From NCBI RefSeq assembly GCF_006345805.1, contig NC_043011.1, positions 20,658,464 to 20,722,463 of the forward strand: a stretch of DNA of 64,000 nt. The letters run 5' to 3'. The translations under genes were made by a program, and so were the position numbers. This document shows positions 10,261 to 22,454 of this stretch, piece after piece. The notes below the pieces were generated by a model. The model made no database searches, was not told where the DNA came from, and saw only the letters and a program-made list of their open reading frames with translations. This stretch comes from Octopus sinensis. Lineage: Eukaryota. Each line of letters opens with the position of its first letter. Within the stretch, counting starts at the first letter, position 1.

Positions 10261-12084
10261 GATTTTTTTATTATTATTCTAACGGCTTTTTGTGAATTCA
10301 CCCAAAACAATTAACCAAAATACGAATGACCGGAAATCAAAGAAACAGTTACTTGAATGGACAGTTAATCAATTTATTAGCAAATATTCGAAACACAGGA
10401 AAGTGTTTTAAAACAAATATACAGTCTCAATTTATTGAAATGATTTTTACTTGGACAATTTTCCATTATATATATTTCGTTTTTTAGCCTTTGATTTGCA
10501 AGCTTCTTCATGTGAAATTGTGTGTTGTAACAGATTTTGTCATATCTCAGGAGGGTTATTAGGCAAATAATTATGGCAGTTGATTTCAACCCCATTTTCA
10601 ATCAAATGTGGATTACAAGTCCATCATGCATCCAGGCTCCATTTCAGCCAATCAGAACTTTTTGTTCACATGTTAATCACAAGAACTTTATATCAACAGA
10701 GGCTTTAAATACTGCAAATGAATGCAGACCTTGTTGAATTTGGTCCCAGGTAAATTCCTCTCAAACACCTGTTTTCACACACCTCCATACTCAACCAAAT
10801 GCAATTCTCCTAATGGCCGTTTTCACAGCACTGTACACAATCCAGAGATAGATAAAAAAAAAAAATTAATACAACCATAGGTATATGCAATGTTGTGGAA
10901 AATCAACCTAGCTATCAAATTTCTGTTGAAGATCTCCAGCACCTGTAAACCACGATGTTCAAATAAAATTGACTTTACCTGTGTTGTATGAAACCATGTA
11001 ATAACATAGCAATAATCATCATCATCATCATTGTTCGACCGTGGTCGAGACAATGGAATTTACCATGCTACGCCAGACTTCACGGTCCATCATGGCATTA
11101 CGGAGGTCCTGTTGCTGGATGCCTGTATCCCTGGAGATTAATGCATGCAAGATTTCACAGCTCTAGCTCTATCTCCAGGGATAGCAATAAATGACCCATA
11201 TCCACTGACAAGTTTTTGTCATAACCACACTACCTAGTAAACACATGCCATGTGCACTGCTCCAATTTTACTTTTGTTATTGTTAGTCTACTAATTAGCC
11301 TTTCAACCAATTAATTAATCAATTGTTTGATTAGTTGATAATTCAATCAAATAATCAGCTAGTTTTCATTAGAGTTTGTTCATCATCATTTGCAACCTCA
11401 TCAATGATCTGCCCTCTGTACTCCAGGTCTAACAATAATGAAAGAAATAAAATAGAACCAGCATGTGTGTTTATTATTGGCACAACAATCCTATTGGGAT
11501 ACAATGAAAGACAATATATAATCCCATGTCATAGGCAACAGCTAGCATGTATGGCCATGTGTCCGTGTGTGTGTGTATGTATGTGTGTACGTGTGTATGT
11601 GATGTTTATAATTCAAAAATTCTGCTTTTCAGGCAGTAAATATAAACATGAGTGACAGCCTTTTATAAACTACTCCAGTTTTTACATTTTAAATTAAAAC
11701 TATATACTTCTCTTTCTCAATATCCTGTTATGTATGTCTAATGTATGTCTAATGAAACCAAAAGTAAAAGAAAAGGCAAAAAAAAAAAGAGAATTAGGCT
11801 ATGAAATTTTTACATTCTCTCAATTTCCTGTAATTCAGACCACCTCACGGTCTCAGCAGACTAAATGGAAAAGGGTATTGCCCTGGAGGATGGCAAGTGA
11901 ATTGTGCTGAAACAGCCACTCTGGCTCATAAGGCTTACACTTGTGGATAGCCATCACAAGCTGTTTTAATATTTGCTATATATATTTTGATATTTTAATA
12001 TATTCGATATAATCTAATTAATTGTTGGTTCTACCAACTCTAACTTCAACTTACGTTTTCTCAGTTTTTCAGTAAGTTTTATTT

Positions 12085-12550
12085 TTCCCGGGCATGGACA
12101 CATTGAAACTCCGACGTCTGGCAGCTGACTTGGCAGACACCCATAAAATTATTAACCATCTTACAAACAATAACTCTGAGCACCTTTTCAAATTCCACCT
12201 GTCTAACACCCGTGGACATGTTTACAAAGTCAGAAAACAGCACAGCTCCCATGACTTTCGGAAACATTTTCTCATGCTAAGAGTTGCTGAAGCATGGAAC
12301 AGACTACCAGCATCAGTTGTTAGTTGTCGGAGCACTGCATCCTTCAAAACTTCCATGCTTCCTGAGATTCGCCAACACTACACCTGATTTTCTCCCCTCC
12401 ATACACACGCAAGCATGTATCTGTCTCATACACTGTTCACTTTCCAGACATTTGTACATTACTGCATATGCTTTATAAGCACTTTTGACAAGTTGTGGTG
12501 CACCTGAGCACTGTATACAATAATTTCATTATTATCATTATTATTATTAT
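12085..12550 (+). mobile_element. CR1/L2-type LINE 3' fragment
   Basis: ORF end ...RGHVYKVRKQH..DFRKHF..RVAEAWNRLP..VV, then 3' UTR and (ATT)n tail. Confidence 0.85.
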
Positions 12551-12944
12551 TATTTTTAAACTCGTTTTGAGTAACACTCTGAATACCACTTTTAGCATAC
12601 TTATGCTTTGTTATGTAAGACAAGGAAAATGAAGGTTCAGAGAAATCTTCTGCCAGAATAGAGTGGAAACTTAGTAGATAACAAGTATATAAGATGTGAA
12701 CTACTGTCACCCTCTTTGATTGTCAATCTTTCAAGTGATAAACATGTTCTTCTAGATCTCAGAAGTCCACTTCTTAAGATGTCAACCATATACTCTGGGG
12801 TTTGGGAAGTCTTTACAAAAATGTCAGCACTATGTAGTTAATATGTGGCTTTCTTGCTGCTTGGCCAAACGCTTTCAATCACTTCTTATTAAATCAATAA
12901 TAATGTATATCATAGAAAGGGCTTTTTTTTTTTTTTATTTACAG

Positions 12945-13142
12945 AAATACCTCAACACTTCTCTGATTACAAAACCTTCTAGACTGCATCAATCTCCAGA
13001 TTTCTTGGGCCCATGTTTCTGCAACATAGTTTGTGGTGGAAAGAATAAGGACCTTGTAGAGCTTAATTTGGAACAAGCTGACACATTGCCTGTTCAAGAT
13101 TATGTTTCCTTAGTTTCCCAAATGCAACAGATTACAGTATGA
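12945..13142 (+). other. putative exon (possibly terminal) of an unidentified plus-strand gene
   Basis: Long poly-T acceptor ...ttttatttacag|, then 65 open codons KYLNTSL...QMQQITV* in unique sequence. Alternative donor ACA|gtatga at 13137. Confidence 0.3.
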
Positions 13143-13160
13143 TCTACGTTTACACATTAA

Positions 13161-13315
13161 ATAATGATGAAATTATTGTATACAGTGCTGAGGTGCACCA
13201 CAACTTGTCAAAAGTGCATATAAAGTATATGCAGTAATGTACAAATGTCTGGAGAGCGAACAGTGTATGAGTCAGATACATGCTCGCGTGTGTATGGAAG
13301 AGAGAAAATCATATT
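13161..13315 (-). mobile_element. CR1/L2 3' UTR fragment, inverted relative to 12396-12550
   Basis: Reverse complement of ...gacaagttgtggtgcacc..agcactgtatacaataatttcattatt. Confidence 0.8.
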
Positions 13316-13469
13316 TAGTACTGTACAAATGAGATTGACATGTTCTACTTTTGAACAATCCAAAGTGTTTGACAGGCTTTTGTGTTTCATGCCATTAATT
13401 TCCATAACTCTTTCTTAACATGCTTTGTTTTATTATTTAGTAGATAGTTTCACTTTGTCAAAGATTCTA

Positions 13470-13620
13470 GATATCAAGAATTGTGTTGTCAGCATATCCA
13501 GTGTCCATGGAGTGGACATTTGTGAGTGACTTTTTGGTTCATTCATGATAAATTCCAAGAAAATGTTGAAAAGAGTAAGAACAACAAATAACCTTGCTTC
13601 AGACCTGCAATGTACTTCAA
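13470..13620 (-). pseudogene. short degenerate non-LTR reverse transcriptase fragment
   Basis: GLKQG, then (frameshift) LFNIFLEFIM, then GYADNTIL, matching RT motifs 4-5. Confidence 0.6.
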
Positions 13621-14035
13621 ATTAATTCATCAGTTGACCATCCATGACCACAGCACACTAAGTATATGTATGTGTACAAAAATATATAGATGGCTAGACA
13701 GACAGACAGATGCACACATTTGCACATCGAAGTATAGATGAACGCATATATATCTATAGATGCATATGCACATCTATATACATGTATGTATAAAAAGTAA
13801 GTAAACAGATAGAGAGATAGAGAGATAGATAGACAGACAGGCAGGCAGACAGACAGACAGACAGACAGATAGATTGATTGATAGATATATATGTCTATGT
13901 AAGCATAAATTCATGTGTGCATATATATATATATATATAAGGTAGGTATGTATGTACATATACATGTATCTATCTGTCTATCTACCTATCTTTCTATCTA
14001 TCTTGACAGACAAATAGACATCAGTTAGATACCTC

Positions 14036-14322
14036 CAATGGCGGACCGGCCAGGTTGCCAGCTTGCTCAATGACAAGTGGGCCCCTGTGCCATTAGAATC
14101 CACATATGGGGGCCCATGTTCGTATCTAAGGGGCCCATCCCCTCAAGTTTGAGAATTTTTAATTCACTCCTGGAATAATACATCGATTATTTCAGCCTGG
14201 CTGTGTTTGTAGACAGTTGAAAATACTTTTAATGGAAAAAATATTAAATGATAGCATTGTAGTTGTGGGTGGGCCCCCTTAGTCTCCTGGCAACCAATAT
14301 TTTTAGACCCAGTCCACCACTG
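14036..14322. mobile_element. hAT-type MITE
   Basis: TIR caatggcggacc / agtccaccactg and an exact 8-bp TSD gatacctc (14028-14035, 14323-14330). Confidence 0.85.
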
Positions 14323-14347
14323 GATACCTCTGCATATATTCATATGC

Positions 14348-14400
<53 letters not shown>

Positions 14401-14406
<6 letters not shown>

Positions 14407-14802
14407 GAATTAGAGATAAAACCACTATTATGCAACTCAAACAGTGATAGACATAAACCAATACATAAATAACAAATAATATAAATAATATAAATATAAT
14501 TAAGATAATATATAATATATATATATATATTATTTTTTTTTTTAAAGTATAAAAAGAATACTCAGTGTATTATATTTATCATTCTTTTTATACTTTTTGA
14601 AAAAAAAATTATATATATATATTATATATTATATTAATTATATTTATATTATTTGTTATTTATGTATTGGTTTATGTCTATCACTGTTTGAGTTGCATAA
14701 TAGTGGTTTTATCTCTAATTCATATTTTATATATTTATACTGTGAAATTTGATTTAATACTAAATCAAATTTTTCCCTGTAAGTTTGGAGCTATACTCCC
14801 TA
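14401..14802. repeat. AT-rich foldback element: ~155-bp inverted arms around a 21-nt loop
   Basis: 14401-14559 is the near-perfect reverse complement of 14581-14727. Related arms at ~30305-30420 and ~34575-34750. Confidence 0.8.
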
Positions 14803-15044
14803 TTATTATATATATATATATATATATATATAAGGTGATCGATTAACAGAGTTAATAGAGCATTGGACAAAAATCTTCTACAGTATTCATTTAACCTTTC
14901 TAACTTAAAATCTCACCAATGCCAGTTTACTAATCATCTTTTCGTGTCAAAAAGCAATCTACCAGTTTTATCTATTTGACAGTCAATCATATTTTTCATT
15001 TTCCCCTCATCACACAGAAAATAGGCAAGTGGTTTCAAACTAGT

Positions 15045-15056
15045 TTTATTTTTATT
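15045..15056 (-). terminator. candidate polyadenylation signals (two AATAAA) of the RLBP1-like gene
   Basis: tttatt at 15045-15050 and 15051-15056 on +, about 60 nt downstream of the stop. The region is AT-rich, so chance occurrence is possible. Confidence 0.4.
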
Positions 15057-15113
15057 CATTATTAATTAAATATATTATCTTTGTTTTAAATATAGAACCA
15101 GTTTTGCCCTGTC

Positions 15114-15254
15114 TTACTCGTTTTCAAGCTTTTTTAAAGCATCTATCAGAATTTGAGAATCATAACTTGGACCTCCTCCTCCTAATTCTTTTGGCATGGA
15201 ATCTTGGTCAAAATAGTCCCAGAAATTTTCCAAACTATATCCATGGACAAAAAC
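15114..15254 (-). CDS. RLBP1: RLBP1-like terminal coding exon 5 (VFVHGYSLENFWDYFDQDSMPKELGGGGPSYDSQILIDALKKLENE*)
   Basis: Not in the ORF track. Acceptor tttgtattttcag|GTT, TAA at 15116-15114. Matches CRALBP [32 protein letters not shown]. Confidence 0.92.
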   Translation of the reverse strand, partial: VFVHGYSLENFWDYFDQDSMPKELGGGGPSYDSQILIDALKKLENE

Positions 15255-15404
15255 CTGAAAATACAAACAGTAATACTCTTTATAATTATTGAACTCATAT
15301 GAGTATATCTATATATGTAAGCAAAACATACCACCATTTAACTCTACCAAAATAACTCACACCTCTCACTACATCTTACACCATTAAGTTTTCATTATGA
15401 ACAT

Positions 15405-15925
15405 ATATAGACCTGGGATGAGGTGGTGAAGCACAACCTTTGAACATTAGGCCTTACCGAGGCAATGACTAGTGACTGAGACCTTTGGAAATATGCAGTG
15501 CTTGAGAAGACTCGGCAAGCCAAGTGAGACCATAACCCATGGCCTATGCCAGGGGTGTAACCAGCCCACGTATGCATACCTTTCCTTCATTGGACACTAA
15601 ACTCTGCTTGCGAAGACCTGTCGAGGCAAGTGAAATCGAAATGGAAATCAAATTTGATGACTGGCATTCGTGTTGGTAGAGCACTAAGAGCATCATCCGA
15701 GCGTGACCGTTGCCAGAGCAGCTGACTGGCTTCCATGCTGGTGGCACGTAAAGGGCACCATTTGAATGTGATCGTTACCATTTGAATGTGATCGTTACTG
15801 GCACATGAAAAAAATACCCGAGCGAGATCGTTGCCAGTACCACTGGACTGACACCTGTGCAGGTGGCATATAAAAAACACCATTTGAGTGTAGCCATTGC
15901 CAATACCACCTGACTGGCCCTCGTG
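15405..15925 (+). mobile_element. RTE LINE 3' fragment (type B): ORF end plus 3' UTR
   Basis: Codons TWDEVVKHNL*TLGLTEAMTSD*DLWKYAVLEKTRQAK*, then a UTR with gtgc(c/t)ggtggcac units. Confidence 0.8.
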
Positions 15926-16293
15926 CTGGTCCAGTCGATTAGATCAACTCCAGTATGCAACTGGTACTTAATTTATCCACCCCGAAAGGATGAAAGGCAA
16001 AGTTGACCTCAGCAGAATTTGAACTCAGTACCGATAGACAGATGAAATACCACTAAGCATTTCGCCCAGCCTGCTAACGTTTCTACCAGCTCACCGCCTT
16101 AGTTTGACAAAAGAGTCTTATAGAATAAGTGCCAAGCTTTACATAAAATATTATAAGTAATGGGGTCAATAAGTTCGGCAAAAAATTCTTCAAGGTGATG
16201 CCCCAGTATGGCCACAGTCTAATGACTGAAACAAGTAAAATAAAAGACAAAAGAAAAGATAAATACTGAAAAGAAGATAATACAGATATTCAC

Positions 16294-16404
16294 CTTTTTT
16301 GAAAGCTTTCTTTTCAGAAATGGTTTGACCATTGCATATGTCCAGGTAAAATACCAAGGCTCATTAATTACATGTACACCTTGAAACCGAGCAGGAAATG
16401 ATCC
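16294..16404 (-). CDS. RLBP1: RLBP1-like coding exon 4 (111 nt; GSFPARFQGVHVINEPWYFTWTYAMVKPFLKRKLSKK)
   Basis: Acceptor ttctttaactcag|GGA, donor AAG|gtgaat, phase 0-0. Matches CRALBP [37 protein letters not shown]. Confidence 0.94.
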
Positions 16405-16774
16405 CTGAGTTAAAGAAAGAATAAAAATAATCAAATACAATTTAAGTTATTGAAAAACCAGAAAATGTCCCCTGGGGACAAATGATACATTCAGCAAAAA
16501 ATAGCATCATCAAAGTGCTTGATATATATAAACTTGCAAGAAAATTTCTAGAATCTGGTTTATTCCTTGTTTATACTTTGTTAATAATACTATTACACTT
16601 AGGAATATTCATGTAATTAAAAAGTATGCTTTAGAATCACATTAGTTTTATCCCACTGTGAACACCTAGGGACAATTGCCTCCTACAAGATCCCCAAATT
16701 GAATGATACTTTGTTAGAAGAATTTAGGGAATAGAAGTTGGTAATTCAGTCATTTTTACACACTTACATATACA

Positions 16775-17025
16775 CACACACATACATACATACATACATA
16801 CATACATACATACATACATACATACATACATACATGCATGCATGCATACATACATACATACAAACATACATATATACATACATACAGGCATACATACATA
16901 CACGCATGGATACATATGTATATACATAAATATACATGCATGTATACATACATACATAAATACATACATACATACATACATACATACATACATACACACA
17001 TACATACATACATACATACATACAT
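16775..17025. repeat. (CATA)n microsatellite
   Basis: Direct reading. It is the source of the stacked YIHT/MYVC ORFs. Confidence 0.95.
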
Positions 17026-18568
17026 AGGTGTGGCTGTGTAGTAAGAAACTTGCTTTCCAAACATATCACTTGGGGTTCAGTCACCCAGCATGGCACCTAG
17101 GGCAAATGTCTGCTATTACAGCCTTTGGCTGACCAAAGCCTTGTGAGTGGCTTTTATAGATGGAAAGACACAAACACATACATACATACATACATACATA
17201 CATACATACATACACACATACGTACATACATACACACATACGTACATACATACATACATACATACATACACACATATGTACATACATACATGTGTGTGTG
17301 TGCGTGCACATGTGTGTGTGTGTGCATATGTGTGTCTTTATATTTGTACTTGTCAACCACCAGCATATAACAACTGGCGTTGGTTGTTTACATCCCAGTA
17401 ACTTAGCAGTTCAGCAAAAGAGACCAACAAAATAAGCATCAGGCTTATACAAAAATTAGTTCTGGTGTTGATTCATTTGACTAAAACCCTTAAAGGTGGT
17501 TCTCCAGCATTAGCTGCAGTCTAATGATTGAAATGAGTGAAAAATGGAAAAGATTAAAAGATGTACTTAAGAACCACATGGGTTTAATTCTACAGTGGAC
17601 ACCTAGGGGCAAGTGTTTCTAAAAGAGCTTCAAGTTGACCAGTACCTTACGAGTAGAATATTGTAGGTGCCAGTCTGTCATTCTGTCGTTTATTAATGTA
17701 GATATAGATACACACACACACTCCTGTCCCTCTGTCATACTCAAAACTTTCTTCACCTGGAACAAAGCGACCTCTTTCAATACTCTCCCCCTCTCAGAGG
17801 ATCTTTGTCTTGCAAGTTACTTGGTGACCTCACTGGTGCTGGTGCCATGTAAAAAATCATCCAATCCCACACAGTAAAGTGATTGGCATTTGGAAGAGCA
17901 TCCAGTTGTAAAAATTATGCCAAAGCAGGTCTCACTGGCGAGGGTGCTATGTAAAAAGCACCCAATCCATTCTGTTTGGTTGTTGGCATTAGAAAGGGCA
18001 TCCAGCCATAAAAACCATGCCAAAAGAGACAGTAAGGCTTTATGGAACCCTATGGTTTATCACCTCCTGTCAAACTGTCCACAGTCAAAGGATTAATGGT
18101 TCAAAAACAAAGATCAATATAAAACAAAAACAACTGAAATAGGCAGTCCAATGGTGAGAGCCAATAAAGGAATAAAAATAAAAAATAAAAAATGCTACCC
18201 CCACCACCATCACATTACCATTCTCGGATCTTTTAGCTTTGACCAGCAGATTTTTAAAATAATTTCCACGTAACTAAACTTCGTATACTGGCAGAATGTG
18301 TTTACAAAACATCTTTTTCTCTTGGCTTTCTTGAGAAAATTCTGTAGTTTGTAAGCTATTTGTTCTTTAATTTCTTGCATTTCGGCAATTTCAACCAATC
18401 AATGACGTCTATTGAGGTGAATTCAATTTCTGCCGTAGTGTGTCAACGACATTTATTTGCGGTGAATTTATTTTTAAAATCTTCCAGTCAAAGCGAAAAG
18501 ATGCCCATTCTCACTACATCACCACTTCCAAACAAGTAAATCTTATGAGAAAAAAAATGAAACCTTAC

Positions 18569-18790
18569 CTGAAGAATATCCACCATTGCTTTTAACTCTG
18601 ATGTTTTCAGGCCCCATGCCTGTTTCAAGGAGTAATTGTAGAAATTCTCAATAAGAACACAACCGGTAACTTGTGTCTGGTGGTTGACGATGAGCTTTTG
18701 TAATAAATAGAGGTAAGCCCTCATTATTACCAGGAAAGGGAATTCATTCTTGTCCCAATTTTCGATACTAAAACAGAACACAGTCCTTCC
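18569..18790 (-). CDS. RLBP1: RLBP1-like coding exon 3 (222 nt; GRTVFCFSIENWDK...IENFYNYSLKQAWGLKTSELKAMVDILQ)
   Basis: Acceptor cttttgcag|GGA, donor CAG|gtaag, phase 0-0. The IENW and IENF motifs are RLBP1-like rather than clavesin- or TTPA-like. Confidence 0.93.
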
Positions 18791-19092
18791 CTGCAAAAGC
18801 ATTTGACATGAAAACGAAATTCTTAAATTGTAGCTTTTGATGGGAAATACATAAAGATAATTACAATGATCCTTTCTACTATAGGGACATGGTCTGAAAT
18901 TTTGGGGAAGAGGGATAGTCGACCTCAATGTGTAACTGGTACTTATTTCATTGATCTCGAAAGGATGAGAGGCAAAGTCAGCCTTGGCTGAATTTGAACT
19001 CAGAACATAAAGAATGACAAAATGATGCTAAGCATTTTGCCCAGCATGCTAACAATTCTGCTAGCTCACTGTCTGAAAGATAATTACAATTA

Positions 19093-19435
19093 GGCGTAGG
19101 AGTGGGTGTGTGGTAAGTAGCTTGCTTACGAACCACATGGTTTCGGGTTCAGTCCCATTGCATGGCACCTTGGGCAAGTGTCTTCTACTATAGCCTCGGG
19201 CCAACCAAAGCCTTGTGAGTGGATTTGGTAGACGGAAACTGAAAGAGACCCCATCTTATATATGTGTATGTATATATATATATATGTTCGTGTGTGTCTA
19301 TATGTTTGTGTGTCTGTGTTTGTCCCCCCCAACATCGCTTGACAACCGATGTTGGTGTGTTTATGTTCCCATAACTTAGCGGTTTGGCAAAAGAGACCAA
19401 TAGAATAAGTACTAGGCTTACAAAGAATAAGTCCT
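19093..19435 (+). mobile_element. SINE family A
   Basis: Collinear with 167-592, 3' end truncated. Confidence 0.8.
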
Positions 19436-20009
19436 AGGGACAATTTTTACATCCATTTTTCCACTAAGATCAACTTTGCTTTTCATTTTTTTGAGATCAG
19501 TAAAATAAGTACCAGTCGAGCCCTGGGGGTCAATGTAATTGACTATTCCTCTTCCCCAAAATTTCAGACTTTGTACCCATAGTGGAAAGGATTAATTTTA
19601 CATACATTTTTCTTATGCATACATGGATTGGGAAGTTCCTCTTCAGAGCAGGCTTGAGCAAGTTCTTTTTATTTTGTTGTTTGTAAAAGACTGGTAATTG
19701 CCCATGCATGCAAGTCTTCTTTCTCCACTCAAGCAAATGTTATACAAGAGGCATTGCTATCAGAATCACCATCTTTCCTCAGAATAGTTTTTTTTTTTCA
19801 TTCATACAACTTGGTGATAGAAAATATGAATTCAGAAGCCACTGGGCTACTATTTTGACACTAATATCCATCAAATGTAAATGATGTAAATAATGTACTA
19901 ATTTCATTCTTCTTCAGTAGTTGAACTCATAAATTCTCTTGTCTTTGTACAACTAAATATAATTCAGAGATACAGAATGAAAAGATGTTCTTTTTGAATT
20001 ATTACATAC

Positions 20010-20125
20010 CTCTTTGTCTCTTAGGGGTAACAGACAAGGGTAACCTCGCTCAAGGCAGGGCTGAACTGATTCTAAAGTGAGGTCGGATGTGAGTTGAGGG
20101 TAGTTTTTATGAAATTTTAGGTGTC
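20010..20125 (-). CDS. RLBP1: RLBP1-like coding exon 2 (116 nt; GHLKFHKNYPQLTSDLTLESVQPCLERGYPCLLPLRDKE)
   Basis: Not in the ORF track; found by manual translation. Acceptor ttttttactcacag|GA (phase 1), donor GAG|gtatgt (phase 0). Aligns without gaps to CRALBP [39 protein letters not shown]. Confidence 0.92.
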
Positions 20126-20565
20126 CTGTGAGTAAAAAAAAAAAACTGGGGTGAGAAAAAGGAATTTAACAAGAATACAAGAGTGCCTAGAAGAAATTCA
20201 AAAGAAGTATTTTCCATGTATTAAATCAAAGCATATAGTATCAACAGTAATATCTCTGAGACTGTGAAAGCAAGTTATCAGTTTAGGAAATTACCCAAAA
20301 TGGCAGGGAAAGCTGCTGCCGCCACGCGAGGATTCTTATTTAAATAGATGTACACACTTGGGTGAATATATTGACAGTTGAACCAACACACCAACTCAAT
20401 CACATATTTACAAATACAGGGAACTCTCTTAACTAAAAAAAAAAGAGCTTTAACTCTCTCAAGAACTTAAATTAAACTCAAAGAAAAACCATACATATGT
20501 GGATACCAAGTTGGTATCCAATTCCAGTGAAAATGCATGTTCATACATACATTATCATCATAATC

Positions 20566-20797
20566 ATGGTGGCAAGCTGGCAGAATCATTAGCACACGGG
20601 GCGAAATGCTTAGCAGTATTTCATCTGCCGCTACGTTCTGAGTTCAAATTCCGCCGAGGTCGACTTTGCCTTCCATCCTTTCAGGGTTGATTAAATAAGT
20701 ACCAGTTATGCACTGGAGTCGATATAATCAACTTAATCCGTTTGTCTGTCCTTGTTTGTCCCCTCTGGTTTTAACCCCTTGTGAGTAGTAAAGAAAT
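20566..20797 (+). mobile_element. SINE family B monomer
   Basis: Full head-to-tail match. Confidence 0.8.
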
Positions 20798-21640
20798 TTT
20801 CATACTGGCATGGGTTAAACTAGTCATCACAGTCCAAGTCACCTTCTATTGAGAGCTACAGCTCTGAAAGATGATGATCCATGCATGTCATTTAGCTTGG
20901 CTTGTATGGCTGGAGACCCTTTCTAATACCAACTACTATACAGAGTGTACTAGGTGTTTGTTTTATGTGACTCCAACACAAGAGAGGTTGAATAGTTTTT
21001 GACAAGACAGGACCAGGACCAGGAATCCGTTGTAATCCTTGCTCACTCTATTCATTCAGCTAATCACTCTACAGTGTGGGGCGGGGTTTGGTACAGAATA
21101 AATGTAGAGTAAATATGGGAAGGAAACAATGGTGATGGGAAGGCCAGAAATGAGTATGAGAAAGCCAAGGATATGGGGATAAGGGAGAATATATGTAGGT
21201 ATTGTTATTGGCATCCTTTTTGTCTCGGGAGACAATGGAGTTGCGCATAAAATAATCTAGTCCGGCTTTTACATTTCATGTCCTAATACATTTCCTGCTG
21301 TGGCTGTGTAGTCCTATCCTGGACAAACACTGCATCTGGCAGGTGCCGCAAATGTAGGTATAGAGAATGCTCAATAAGTTAGGATGTGTACATTTGTACA
21401 GGTCAGAGAGGGGGAGAACTGAAGAGAAAGAAAAGGAAAAATGTGTAATGACATTAACAGGACTAGGATGGGTAGGAGGGTGGAAGGAACAAGAGCATGA
21501 TGTAAAGGAAGTAGGAGTTTGTAGAGGTGGTCAGCTAGAGGGGTAGTGACTGGTAATAACAAGAAGACAAAGTTAAATGTAGGAGTAGGTGATGAGATGT
21601 ATAAATATTCACATTCATTCATACATATAGACACTTACGC

Positions 21641-21669
<29 letters not shown>

Positions 21670-21675
<6 letters not shown>

Positions 21676-22012
21676 TTGCCTTACTGGCACTTGTGCTGGT
21701 GGCATGTGAAAAACATTCGAGCGAGGTCGTTGCCAGTGCCACTGGACTGGGTCCTGTGCTGGTGGCACATAAAAACACCATTTGAGTGTGGCCGTTGCCA
21801 GTACTGCCTGACTGGCCCTCACGCCTGTGGCACGTAAAAGCGCCCGCTACACTCTCGGAGTGGTTGGTGTTAGGAAGGGCATCCAGCTGTAGAAACTCTG
21901 CCAGATCAGATTGGAGTCTGGTGCAGCCATCTGGTTCGCCGGACCTCAGTCAAATCGTCCAACCCGTGCTAGCATGGGAAGTAGATGTTAAACGATGATT
22001 ATGATGATGATA
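21670..22012 (+). mobile_element. 5'-truncated RTE 3' UTR with (GAT)n tail
   Basis: Terminal ggttggtgttaggaagggcatccagctgtagaaac...ctagcatgg...ttaaacgatga. Similar pieces at 17830, 29918, 31040, 31430, 31790, 32437, 33362, 35340, 41085, 56870 and 62270. Confidence 0.8.
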
Positions 22013-22454
22013 ACATTAAGAATGGCTCTCTGTCAATAAGGATGATAGGGGTTCCAGTTGATCCAACCAATGGAACAGCCTGCTTGTAAAATTAACATGC
22101 AAGTGGTTGAGTACTCCATGGACATGTGTACCCTTTAATGTAGTTTCAATGAGATTCAGTGCAACACAGCAGAATGTGAGAAGGTTGGTCCTTTGAGAGA
22201 GTGAATAGAGGATGCTATTTTGATGTTAAATACACACAGTAATAAATTAATCAACACATTCAAGGGATGGAAAGAGAGGAAGAAAAGAAAAAAAGATAGA
22301 AAAGGAAAAATGGATAAAGAAAAAAAAATCCTCATCCCTTTTAAAGGATGTCAAAGAGTTTCTCTATGGAACCAACTCAGCCTACAGACATGGAAACAAG
22401 ATGGTACTACTCATTTTTGCCACTTGAGCAGAGTGAAGTAGCATGAAATAAAGT

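Noticed and set aside
10560-10760. Possible exon (ORF 10537-10737)
   Set aside because: The minus strand shows remnants of a YLG...E.W RT C-terminal pattern, so it is more likely a very old LINE fragment. It is too decayed to list as a feature.
11355-11428. Minus-strand terminal-exon-like segment (LEYRGQIIDEVANDDEQTLMKTS*)
   Set aside because: It has an acceptor and a stop, but it is only 74 nt and I found no compatible upstream exon. The RLBP1-like frame already ends at 15114.
16724-17435. Stacks of ORFs (MYVC/YIHT) here and at 23668, 34830, 47542-48224 and 49723-50171
   Set aside because: These are translations of stop-free microsatellites, with no coding signature.
18791-18928. N-terminal 46 aa of ORF 18488-18928, and the N-terminus of ORF 16219-16440, as protein-coding
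   Set aside because: They are intronic read-through upstream of the real acceptors at 18790 and 16404.
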